Source of the DNA: Azolla caroliniana | Lineage: Eukaryota > Plantae > Polypodiophyta | Reading direction: 5' to 3' | DNA length: 64,000 nt | Assembly (NCBI GenBank): GCA_043228905.1 | Contig: JBHGNT010000007.1 | Span: forward strand, 4,526,001 to 4,590,000 | Shown here: positions 37,707 to 49,300 of the stretch, piece by piece | Layout: every line of letters begins with the position of its first letter | How positions within the stretch are numbered: the first letter of the stretch is position 1 | Translations under genes and position numbers: made by a program | Notes under the pieces: generated by a model | Told to the model about the DNA's origin: nothing | Database searches by the model: none | What the model saw: only the letters and a program-made list of their open reading frames with translations

Positions 37707-40700
37707 GACTCGATGAATCACATTTTTTAACAAGAGACCAATTCTTCGAGGATTGGGCGGGATCCCTATCTACCTCGATGAAGACTTGACCAAGATGCAA
37801 ATTGAGCATCGTAAAACTTGTATGCCGCGAGTCATACAAGCTCGTAAAGAGGGGCATCACACTTTTTACCGAGATGGGCATGTGATAATAAATGATCGCG
37901 CCACCAATTGACGGCGTGTGGCCCATGTGACAGACAATAAACTTAGGATGACTTTATGAAACTGTAACGGTGCACATTGGACACACCCTAGCCATCTAGA
38001 GGAGATTTTGAAGGTATTTGACATAGTTTTTTTAGTAGAAAAACATTAGAGTCCAAATCGAGGACTGCCATGAGTTGACGGTTCTCGTTGGGAATTTGTC
38101 TTTAGACAAACCTCACATCGACATACTACTAGAGAGTCTGGAGGGGTTGCGATACTATTTCGGAGAGAGATACATAATAGGATAGAAATACTAAAGAAAG
38201 TCCTAGAAGCCCGTTTTATGTGGGTGAAAGTCCTCACTAGCAAGGATCAAGCGATATTTATCGTCGTGTGTTACTTCCCCCCGAAAGGGTTCTGGTATAA
38301 TATGGCTGGAGAGGCGAGTATAGTTGATGAAGGAACGCCGCATGGACCTTCTCCATAAGAACCTTTATCGGATGACATAATCCGATATTCTTCTCAAGGG
38401 GAAGTCTTCCTTGTAGGAGATTTCAATGCGAGAACCCAACCCCGACAATGCACAATATTTCACATGGATAGAAACCTCGAAATGGTGAATGTCACGTACA
38501 TCAAAGGATCAAAGGTACATCAAAGGACAAACTTTGGCCATCATCTGCTTGAACTTGGAAGCCGACACCAGATGATCATATATAATGGCTTAGCCAAGTG
38601 GCCGGGCTTGGAAGCGCTCACATGTTTCCCACATGGAAGAGGGGAAAGCATAGTTGATTACCTAATAGGACGCCCTGAAGCTACCCACATGGTTAACTCC
38701 TTCCGGGTGGCCCCATGCCCCATTGGTGCAGACCATAGCTTCATATACTTTGAGCTAAAATGCGACATCTCCCACACCAACAACTCTAGTAAACCAAACC
38801 ATCACACCATAATACATTTCACGCATGAGCTTGCTGACATCTACTCCTGACATGTTCAAGCCCATCTCCCCTCTTTTGATTGTTCCTTGCCTTTAGAGAA
38901 CCTCACTACAGAATTGCACGCACCCTTCACTCAACAGCAATTAGTAGCTTCCCATACACGAAACACTCCAATCATAGTAGAATAGGGTCTATGCCATAGA
39001 ACAAGTGGTATGATGAGGATTGTAGAGAGTTGTTTAGACAACTTAAAGTGTCGCGACTTAGTGGTCCTATTTCCTCAGTACATGCTCGAAAAGAGATGCG
39101 CAAGATGACACGTTGTAAAAGACGAGCTTGGGAAGCATCCCAATATTGGGAACTCTACCATATGCTCATGAGTAGGGATTGCGCCCTTGCATGGAAGAGA
39201 CTACAGGAACCGCGACCACAAACACCCATTGAGGATCCCAATATTTGGCACACATATATCGAGAGACTCTACCATGTCCCGAACCAACCACCCATTCCAA
39301 TGCCTTCCACACCCTGACCTTACATGGGGACACTTTTCACGACCTCTAGAGTCACAAAGGTCATAAAAAAATTACAACATAGGAAATCCATGGACCACAC
39401 AGGATTGCGAGCCGAGCACATCATATATGCTCGAGAGTGCTTAGCCCCCTTTCTCACTCTAATCTTCAACCGTGCCCTCACGAAGGGTTTTCCACCACAA
39501 TGGACCATGAACACAATGGTCCCTATACATAAAGGAAGGGACCCAATGGACCCAAATACATATAGGACCATTATGATAGGTCATACAGTCGCTAAACTAT
39601 ATGGTGCAGTAATGGAAGCTAAGCTCAGCGATTATATGGAAACATTAAGTCTTCGAGCACCTGAGTAGGCTAGCTTTAGACGAGCCTTCTCCACTATTGA
39701 CCATATCTTCACACTTAGGTGCTTAATTGACCAGACGAAGGCTCGTAAGAAGAAACTATATTGTTGCTTTGTGGACTTCCGCAAAGCCTTTGACACAATT
39801 CCTAGGGAGAAGTTGTTTGATAGACTTAACAACTTGGAGACACCAAATGACATGATCTGGGCCATTTATGCCCTATATGAGCAAGTCTCTGGGTGCGTAA
39901 GATGCCCAGGTGGCCTATCCGATTGTTTCACTAGCACCATTGGTGTAAAACAGGGTTGCCCCCTATCACCGACTCTTTTTGGGATCTACATTGATGAGAT
40001 CACTGATTTTATTGCTCGTACGGGAGGGAGTGACTATTGGGGATACGCAAGTTAGTCTCTTACTCTACACAAACGACATTGTCTTGCTCTCGGAGTCGGA
40101 ACATGACCTACAAAAGCATCTTAATGCCCTAGATGACTTTTGTACACAACGAGGCCTGGTAGTGAATCTAACGAAATCTAAAGTACTTATCTTTCATACA
40201 TCATCCCGAGTTAGGAATAAATGTCACCTAATCCTCTCTCATAAGGTAGTTAAGGTAGTTGGATCATATGTATACTTGGGAGTCACTTTTAGTGCTCGCT
40301 CAGGTAAATTCTCGATGACCTAGGAAACCAAAGATAAGCTAGCAAGAGGGTATGCATCCCTCCCACTCTTAGAGAGACAATGGCACCAAGCATACTTTCA
40401 AGAGGCACAGACTAAGGGATGGCTCTTCGACTCATTAGTGACCCCTTCCCTCATGTATGCATCACTAGTATGGGTTCCAGGTCTACCATCTTTCATGTGG
40501 ACACAACTAGAGAGACCTTTGGTGACGATGTTATCATGTCAACTCCGAAGCAAATCGACAATACCATATGACATTATTAGAACAGAGTTCAGTCTACCCC
40601 TGATGTTAGTAGAAGCATTGTTTCAGTGGTAGTTTTTATTCATTGGATACATAGCCAACCACAAAATAGGATATCCTGTTGAGCCTTTGGGGCATCCCGA

Positions 40701-43700
40701 TCCCTACATGCGTCTGGAGACACTAGCTCTTGGTATAGCACTGTGGTGAGTAGGTTACTTGCAAACGACATAGACATTAATAACCTACCCCCCCTTAAGT
40801 ACAACTATGGGACTGACCAAAATCTAATATCTCATGAAAACCATAATAAAGTGATAGGGCAAGAAATATGGCAAATTTACACTCGATATAAATGGATCAC
40901 CCCACGAGAGCCACTCCCATATAAAATGTTGTACTATAAGGAAAACTTCTTGCACTTCTCTCAGTTAGGTTTTATTACACGACCAAGATATCTAGATACA
41001 TTATTATCAAATGCACTAAGGGTGGCCATTGGACAACTTAGGATGTCATCTCACCAACTTGAGATTGAGAATAGTCGGGCTAATAGAGTCCCTAGGGAGG
41101 AAAGGCTATGTAGGTTGTGCCACATAGAGATAGAGGATGAGTATCACTTCACATGCAAGTGCCCAACTTATGCCGAGATACGAGTGGAATACCAAGACAT
41201 ATTAGGACCCTCTCCCACCCTCTCCAAACTATTAGATACCCCGGATGTAAAGAGACTAGGTAGGTATATCTTAGAGCTAAAACAACATAGGGAGAATAAA
41301 TTACATAGTGTTAACCATAACCTTTTTACTATTCATCAACTTGTAACTAGTGTAATTTTTCAGGAACAAGGGGAGACGATGAATGTGGATACACTTATGC
41401 CACCCGACCTCTCTCTTGAGGAAGCCAAAATGCAAAGAACAACCAAACGCCCTCGGATGTTGGGGTTCAAAACAAGTCGACACGGAGTAGAAAGGATTAA
41501 AAAGATAAGGGAACGTGAGCTACGTCGACTAGAAGCTATGGTTGGGGTACCTTTTACATTGGGGCCATGAGCCACATCCACATCGAAACCCTTTGACCTC
41601 CCGCTTCTCTTCGAGAGACTTTGGATGGAAATGAAATTAGGCCTAGTATAACATCATTTTCCTTGTAGAACATGTTTGTTATTTTATTTTACTAGAACTA
41701 TTTAGCTTAAAACTCTATTTTTATTTTTATTTTTTACTTTTGATGAATGGGTAAATATCCAATTTTTTGTTGTAATCCATTTGTCTCATGGGTCAATTTT
41801 GTCCTTAGAAGACGTTAATATATCTTTCTTTCTCTCTCTCTCCTTTCTATTTCTCTTTCTCTTCTTTTCCTACATGGTATCAGAGCCAAATGACCTAATA
41901 GCCTCATAGCTTATGCCTTTCTTAAATCACAAAACACATGCCCTTATCATAATTTAACTTTCATGCCCATACAAAAATAATCATATTCATAGTGTCCAGA
42001 ATCGTCAAATAACGAAAGACAATTTGGTGTTTGTCGTGCGTTGATCCGGACAACCCTTTGCAATAATGGCACAATCTATGTTGTCGTTGCAACTCAACAT
42101 GCGAAAATTTACGATCGAGAAATTATCCGACACAAATTATCGAATATGGAAGGCAAGATTAGAATTACTTTTTAAATATAATAAATTATGGGACATAATT
42201 TCAGGATCGTCGATAAAACCTGAAAAAGGTGAAGAACTTGAAGAATTTGAGGAAAAAAACTTATGCACAAGAACGGAAATTCTAATGTATGTAAGTGATG
42301 GCACTGGAGAAACATTGCGAAAAATGGAGACGGCTCAAGAAATGTGGAAGCACTTACAAACTATCTACAAACCGAAAAACGATCCCCAACAAGTGCATAC
42401 ACTTCAAGCGCTTGTTAATTACACGATGAATGACAAACAACTGATTGGTGAATTTCTATTAATATGGCAAAAGAAATTAGATGATGTGTTAACTTCAAGA
42501 TTAGAAATCCATGATAATTACAAAAGATTCTCCTTCTTGGGGCTCTTCCTCACTCGTGGTCCACTTTCAGAACCACCCAAAACTCTATAAATTTTCCAAC
42601 TCTAATTGATCTTCAATGTGTTCACAAAGGTCTTCAAATTCAACTCCAAGTGTGGCAATGGTAGCATACAAAAAAAAAGAATTCACTCAAAGAGGAGAAA
42701 GCTCAAAGCCATGGATAAAGAAAGATCAAAACACTAAACAAAGAGGAATGCGGTTCAACAACACCTATTGTAAAATATCCAAACATACTAATCATGCAAC
42801 AAAAGATTGTCGCGCAAAGTCAAATTTCAAGAATTATCAAACTTGGAGGTGTGTGCAAGCCCATCTTGTTGAAGAAGAGATGGATGATGATAAAACCATA
42901 GGAGATGGTTATCAAAATGGTGACAAGTATGACAATGTTCTGAATCAAGCATTCATTGCCGAATAACTTTCCGCCACGATTCCAAATCCAAGTAATGTAA
43001 ATGGCATATGGTATCTTGACACTAGTGCCACTAACCACTTAACTAATAGGAAAGATTGGTTATGTAATTATAAGGAAGTTGAACCCCCTATTATTGTAAG
43101 ATTTGGAAATAATGGGACTAAACAAGCTATTGGCAAGGGTGATATTTCTTTTGATGTCACAGGAGGAAGACATTTCACAATAAATGAAGTTCTCTATGTC
43201 TCGGGCATCACCAAACATTTGCTATCGATTAGTCAAGCAACGACAAATGGTATTACCATTGAATTTCATCCTAACCATGCCATTATTAAACATAAAGCCT
43301 CCAATGGAGAACTTATTAGAACATGTTGTAAATGAGAAGGAGGCTTATATCCCATAAAATATATTCCTACATCTCTTATTTTAGAAGCACATCATTCTAC
43401 TCCAATACAATCCTCCATATCTTTAACCAATCTTCATTCTCCTTCTCTTTGGCACTTTCATCTAGGTCATATGCATTTCAATGCTCTAAAAACATTACAA
43501 TGTAATAATCTAGTCCATGGTTTGCCAAAAGAACCTTTCAAGCCCATCTCTTTGTGTGAAAGTTGTATCCTTGGGAAAATGCCCCAACAGCCCTCCCCAA
43601 CGCATAGATCTAGAGCCTCTACCCCTCTTACATTAGTACATAGTGATCTATGCGGACCTTTCCAACCCCTTCTCTTAGTGGAGCCAAATACTTCATTAGC

Positions 43701-44162
43701 TTTATAGATGTCTTTAGTCGATTTACAATCATAAAAGTATAAAAGTCAAGCTTATCAAGCATTTAAAGAATACAAGGTTCAAGTCGAAGTGAAAACATCA
43801 ACAAAAATTAAAAGTCTTCAAACTGATGGTGGTGGTGAGTATATGTCTCATGAATTTTCAAACACTCTATCAAAATGAAGGCATACATCATAGAATATCA
43901 ACACCACAACAAAATGGTGTATCTAAAAGGAAGAATAGAACACTTCTCAATATGGTTCGGTGTATGTTACAATTTGCTCAATTATCGCCTCAATTTTGGG
44001 AGGAAGCGGTTGGCACCGCTTGCTACATTCAAAATCGAGGATTTCATAAATCTTTGGGGCTCCAAACCCCTTATGAATTATGGCATGGTCACAAACCTAA
44101 CTTAAGTAACCTTCATATTTTTGGTTGTGATGCTTATGCTTTTGTGCCAAATGTTCAAAGAT

Positions 44163-46055
44163 ATCATATCCGCCTTCTCTACCTTCGTCTTCGGGCTTTG
44201 CTTACCGGATAACCTGCAGTTTGCCGGGAGTATCGATCCGACCGGTTTAGCATCTGACATGTTGAATCGCTAAAGCACCTTTGTCACGTACTTCTCCTGT
44301 GACAGCCACAATTGCTTCTTTGACTGGTCCCGGATGATATGCATCCCCAGTATCTGTCTTGTTGAACCCAAGTCTTTCATTGAGAAGGTCTAGTTCAAAG
44401 CCTTCTTCAGCGCCCGTATCTTGACTTGGTCTCGTCCAACGATCAACCTATCGTCCACATACAGGAGGAGTATCAGGAAGTCTCCATCTTCAAACTTCTT
44501 CACATGCAGTGATCGGCCTGCGTCTTGTGGTACCCCTAATCGGTCATAAAGGAGTTGAACTTCCGGTACCATTGTCGGGGAGCTTGCTTCAAATCGTAGA
44601 GGCTCTTCTTCAGCCGACAAACCAGGTGCTCCTTCCCTTTCTTCACAAATCCCTCCAGTTGCTACATGTAGATCTCCTCTTCGAGGTCGCCGTGGAGGAA
44701 TGTCGTCTTCACGTCTAACTGCTCTACCTCGAGGTCCATGCTTGCCGCTATGCTCAGCACCATCCGGATGGAAGTCATCTTTACTACCAGGGCAAATATC
44801 TCGTTGAAGTCCACTCCCTTCTTCTACTGGAACCCCTTCACCACGATCCTGGCTTTGTACCTTGGGGGGTTGCCGGCATCTCCCGATTTCAACTTGTACA
44901 CCCACTTATTCCGGAGTGCCCGCTTTACTTTCGGCAACTCCACCAGTTCATACGTGTGGTTCTCATGCAGGGAATCCATCTCGTCCTGCATGGCACTCAA
45001 CCACTTGCGGTTGTGGGTGTCCTCCTTTGCTTCTTCAAAGCTTTCCTGCTCCCCCTCATCAGTTAGCAACACGCGCTCTGCATCCGGAAATCTCTGGGGG
45101 GCTCTTCTCTCTCTGAGAGGGTATCTGCGTCTTCGGTTTTCGGCAACCGGCTCCTCTATTTGTTCTTCATCCCAATCCGATTTGGGATCTTGGCCGGTTC
45201 CAGTTCCTGCTTCCTCTTCTTCTTCTTTCGGTGTCCTTTCCGTAACCGGCCGGTTCTTCTAGTGTCAACCGGCTCTTAGCCGAGTAGGTCCGAATCTCAT
45301 CGATCCTATCCTTACCAGTCGACTCGGAGTTCATTATCTTCTTCTCCGACTCCCAGTCGGCAGGGGTCTTTTCCTCCATGAAGATAATATCTCGACTCCG
45401 GAACCTTCTTGTCGACGGAGTCCCACACTCGGTAGCCAAACTCATCATTGCCGTATCCGAGGAATATGCAAGGCCGGGACTTTGGATCCAACTTTGCTCT
45501 CCGGTCCTTTGCAACATGCACGTAAGTGAGACAACCAAACACCTTCAGGTGCCAGTAAGACATTTCCTTACCGGTCCATACTCTCTGTGGCGTGTCTCTA
45601 TCCAAGGGCATTGAGGGTGATCTGTTTATCACATACATCGTTGTTGACAGTGCCTCGGCCCAAAACGTCTTGGAAAGCTTAACATATGCTAGCATACTCC
45701 GGACCCTCTCCATTATGGTCCGGTTCATCCTCTCGGCCAACCTGTTTAGTTCTGGCGTCTTTGGCACGGTAAATTTGAGCCGGATTCCCTTTGAGCGGCA
45801 GTACTCCTCGAACTGCCCCCCGGTATTCTCCTCCGTTATCTGCTCGAACCGCCTTCAACTTTAAGCTGGTTTCTCTTTCCACTCTCACATGGAGCTCCTT
45901 GAAGATGGATAACACTTGATCCTTCGTCTTCAACGGCGAGACCCATAGCTTCCAGTTGTGGTCATCTATGAACATCACGAAGTACTGCGATCCGGTATGT
46001 GACTTCGTGTTCACTTGACACACATCAGTATGCACTAACTCCAGTGGTGCATTAC
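44163..46055 (-). mobile_element. Copia-D: degenerate IN-RT fragment of the same family as Copia-E
   Basis: Colinear with E 48530-50427 (LELVHTDVCQV, PKTPELN, ARIVVKGF, YVDD), with stops and frameshifts. Truncated without an LTR at 44163 and interrupted by Copia-F at 46056. Confidence 0.88.
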
Positions 46056-46318
46056 TATAAAAGAATAGCATGCGGAAGCAATAGAAAACCAAACACAGAA
46101 ACGCAGGTTTAATGGAGAGCTTAGGATATACATAGTACACTGGAGAGACAGAGAGAGAGAGCGCACACAGAAACTCAATTCAAAAATAATACTCAATCTG
46201 TAATACTCTGTACATTGTATGTGTTCAGTGAGCACTTTTATACAAGTCCATACGGACTGAAAGAAGTACGATGTACTTCAATGCTCACACAAACGTCTGA
46301 CACTAACTATGAGACATT

Positions 46319-49300
46319 TGTTGGGATTACGGTCCCTCCGGATGGGATGTCCGGAGACGAATGACGGCAAGCCCGGTTGCGGTTACGGAACCGGATGATG
46401 AAGAGTACCCGGCATGAAGCCGGATGACGAGTACCCGGATGCGGATCCGGATGATGAAGAGTACCCGGCATGAAGCCGGATGAAGAGTACCCGGATACGG
46501 ATCCGGATGATGAAGACCCCGGTTACGGAGCCGGATGACGAATGTACCCGGAGAGAGATCCGGATGCGGGGACATATTTGTGAATATGTTTGCTAAGAGC
46601 CCTTGAGGCTATATTTGTAAATTGCCCGAAAGTCATATGTGTATAAATATGACTTAGGGCAAACAGTTTAAAAGGTTGTTGCTCATTCGTATGCGAAGTG
46701 AGAGCTGCCGAGAGAGAGAGAGAGAGAGAGAGAGACGAAGAGGTCGTTGCCTCTGTGTATTACCGCCGCCTGTGGCGAAGACAGTGAGCTCAAGGTTGTT
46801 GCCTTGTAGCTTCACTAGTGTACATCCCTGTTCATAGTGATAGTTGGAGTTTGAGGACTCCCGTGGTTTTTCCCATTTAGGGTTTTCCACGTAAAACATC
46901 CTGTGTACCTTTCTCTCCATTGTCCTCGTGCACTTTGTATTTCCCGTTTTCTGTGAGTTGATCCTATTCCTCGGTTGTGGCCGAGTCCTGTTTGTTCAAC
47001 AAAGTGGTATCAGAGCGACGGTAACACAGAAAATGGAAGGCGGCAGCAGCGGGCAGCCGGGGATGATGGTGCTGAATGCGCAGAACTACGCCGACTGGAA
47101 GATAAAGATGGAGGACCTTCTCATCGTCCGAGACCTGTATGAACCGATCGACAATGTCGAGATACCCAAGGGGGTAATAGAGTCGGAGTGGAAGCTCCTG
47201 AACCGGAAAGCCGTAGCGACGATCCGGCAATATGTCGATGTAAGCGTTCTACAACATGTGGCGAATGACACCAACGCATATGAGATGTGGAAGAAGCTTT
47301 CGGGCCTCTACGAGAGGAAGAATGCGTTGAACCGGACCTCCCTGATGAGGAAGATAGTGAACCTCAAGTACCGGGACGGCGAGAATATGGTGGAACACGT
47401 GAGCACGTTCATGGGATTTGTGAACCAGCTTGCGGCGATCAAGTTCCCGTTGGAGGATGCAATGCAAGCCATCATTCTGATGTGTACATTGCCGGAAAGC
47501 TGGGAGAACTTGGTGGTGACTCTCAGCACCTCCTGCACCGAAGATAACTTGTCTCTACAAACGGTAAAGACAAGTATCTTGAACGAAGAAGTGCGTCGGA
47601 GAGATAAAGAACCGGCCTCCGACTCGAAGGCGCTGCTTACCGAATCGGAACGGGGAAGACACTGGAACCGGAGTCCGCAAAGACGGGAGAAGTCGGGGAC
47701 CCGGTCGCAGTCAAGAGGAAGACCCACCTGCTTCCACTGTGGGAAGCCGGGGCACTTCCGGAAGAATTGTCGGCATTACCGAAAGGACAACGGTGCCGAC
47801 GACACCGATTCGAAGAAGTCACCGGAGAGAAACGGTGCATACCGGGGAGCCACGGACCGGAGAGGTCCGGATCGGCGAGGGCAGGACCGGAAAGGAACGA
47901 CGGCACTCGCAGCAAGTGAAGAAGAGATAATGCTCATTACCGAAGAGAGGGAGCTGAACCTTGCCGGTGAAGAGATGACCTGGGTGGTCGATTCCGGAGC
48001 GTCGTTCCACCTGACCCCGGAGAAGAAATACTTCTCATCCTACACAGCCGGTGAGCACGGCTGTGTCCGGATGGGAAATGAAGGTACGTGCTGGATAGCC
48101 GGCATAGGAGACGTGTGGCTGATGACATCAACCGGATGCAAGATGCTGCTGAAGGATGTGCGACACGTTCCGGAGGTTCGATTGAACCTGATTTCGGCCG
48201 GGAGGCTAGACGATGAAGGCTACACAGGTAGCATCCGGAATGGCGTAATGAAGTTCAGCAAGGGGAGCCTGATAGTGGCTCGGGCCCGGAAAGTCAACAC
48301 ATTGTACCTGATGAATGCCCGGTTATGTCCGGAAGAGCTGAATGTGGCAGCCGACACTGCCGGTGAGCTGTGGCACAAAAGACTGTGCCACATGAGTGAG
48401 AAGGGGATGAAGAGGCTTGCAGAAGACAACCTTATTCCAGTGAAGCATGTGCACCTGGAGAAGTGCACCGACTGTCTGGCCGGTAAGCAAAACCGGACCT
48501 CCTTCCACTCAAGGCCACCGACGAGACGTAGTGCACCATTAGAGTTGGTGCACACTGACGTGTGTCAAGTAGAAACGAAGTCACATGGCGGAGCCCAGTA
48601 CTTCGTGACATTCATTGATGATCACAGCCGGAAGCTGTGGACGGCACCGTTGAAGACAAAGGACCAAGTATTGTCCGTCTTCAAAGAACTCCACGCGAGA
48701 GTGGAAAGAGAATCCGGCAAGAAGCTGAAAGCGATACGAGCGGATAACGGAGGGGAATACCGGGGGCAGTTCGCGGAGTACTGTCGCTCGAAGGGAATCC
48801 GGCTCGAGTTTACTGTGCCGAAGACGCCGGAACTGAACGGGCTGGCCGAGAGGATGAACCGGACCATAATGGAGAGGGTCCGGAGTATGCTAGCACATGC
48901 GAAATTACCCAAGGGATTTTGGGCTGAGGCAATGTCGACGACGACGTATGTGATAAATAGATCACCCTCAGTACCTTTGGACGGAGACACGCCGCAGAAA
49001 GTGTGGACCGGTAAGGAAGTCTCCTACCGGCATCTGAAGGTGTTCGGGTGTCTCGCATACGTGCATGTGGCAAAGGACCGGAGAGGAAAGTTAGATCCAA
49101 AGACCCGGCCATGCATATTCCTCGGTTACGGCGACGACGAGTTCGGCTACCGAGTATGGGACCCGGTCGACAAGAAGATATTCAGGAGTCGAGATATCGT
49201 CTTCATGGAGGACAAGACACTCGCCGACTGGGAGTCAGAGAAGAAGATGAAGAGCTCCAAGTCGACCGGTGAGGATCAACTCTACGAGGAGCAGTCCCGA

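Larger units (their letters stand above)
22965..41830 (+). mobile_element. Apparently full-length degenerate LINE (probably RTE-X/CR1-like). ORF1 at 23246-23590 + 37007-37251 + 37712-37912; ORF2 (APE-RT-CCHC) at about 37930-41570
   Basis: ORF1 rejoins in frame across Gypsy-B (WVDVVKR|NIKKE). APE motifs GDFNAR, VDYL and DH. RT motifs DFRKAFD, GVKQGCPLSP and LYTNDIV. C-terminal CRLC..EDEYHF.CKCP. The 3' end AATATA plus a TC-rich tail is flanked by (CT)n on both sides. Clade assignment is inferred. Confidence 0.85.
18861..44162 (+). mobile_element. Copia-A: degenerate Ty1/Copia host element. The 5' LTR is split into about 18861-19103, 22936-22964 and 41831-41874; internal gag-PR-IN at 42066-44162; 3' half missing
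   Basis: LTR end ...CCTACA is followed by the tRNA-iMet PBS TGGTATCAGAGCC at 41875. Then gag (NYRIWK), PR (WYLDTSAT), GAG-pre-IN (HLGH..CESC) and IN (HSDLCGP, PQQNGVS), with many stops and frameshifts. The left LTR boundary (TGTAA at 18861, TATA at about 19043) is inferred. Confidence 0.7.

Noticed and set aside
46335-46570. Regularly repeated CCGGATG units that superficially resemble a CRISPR array
   Set aside because: There are no unique spacers, the context is eukaryotic, and the array is duplicated in both LTRs. It is a U3 tandem repeat.
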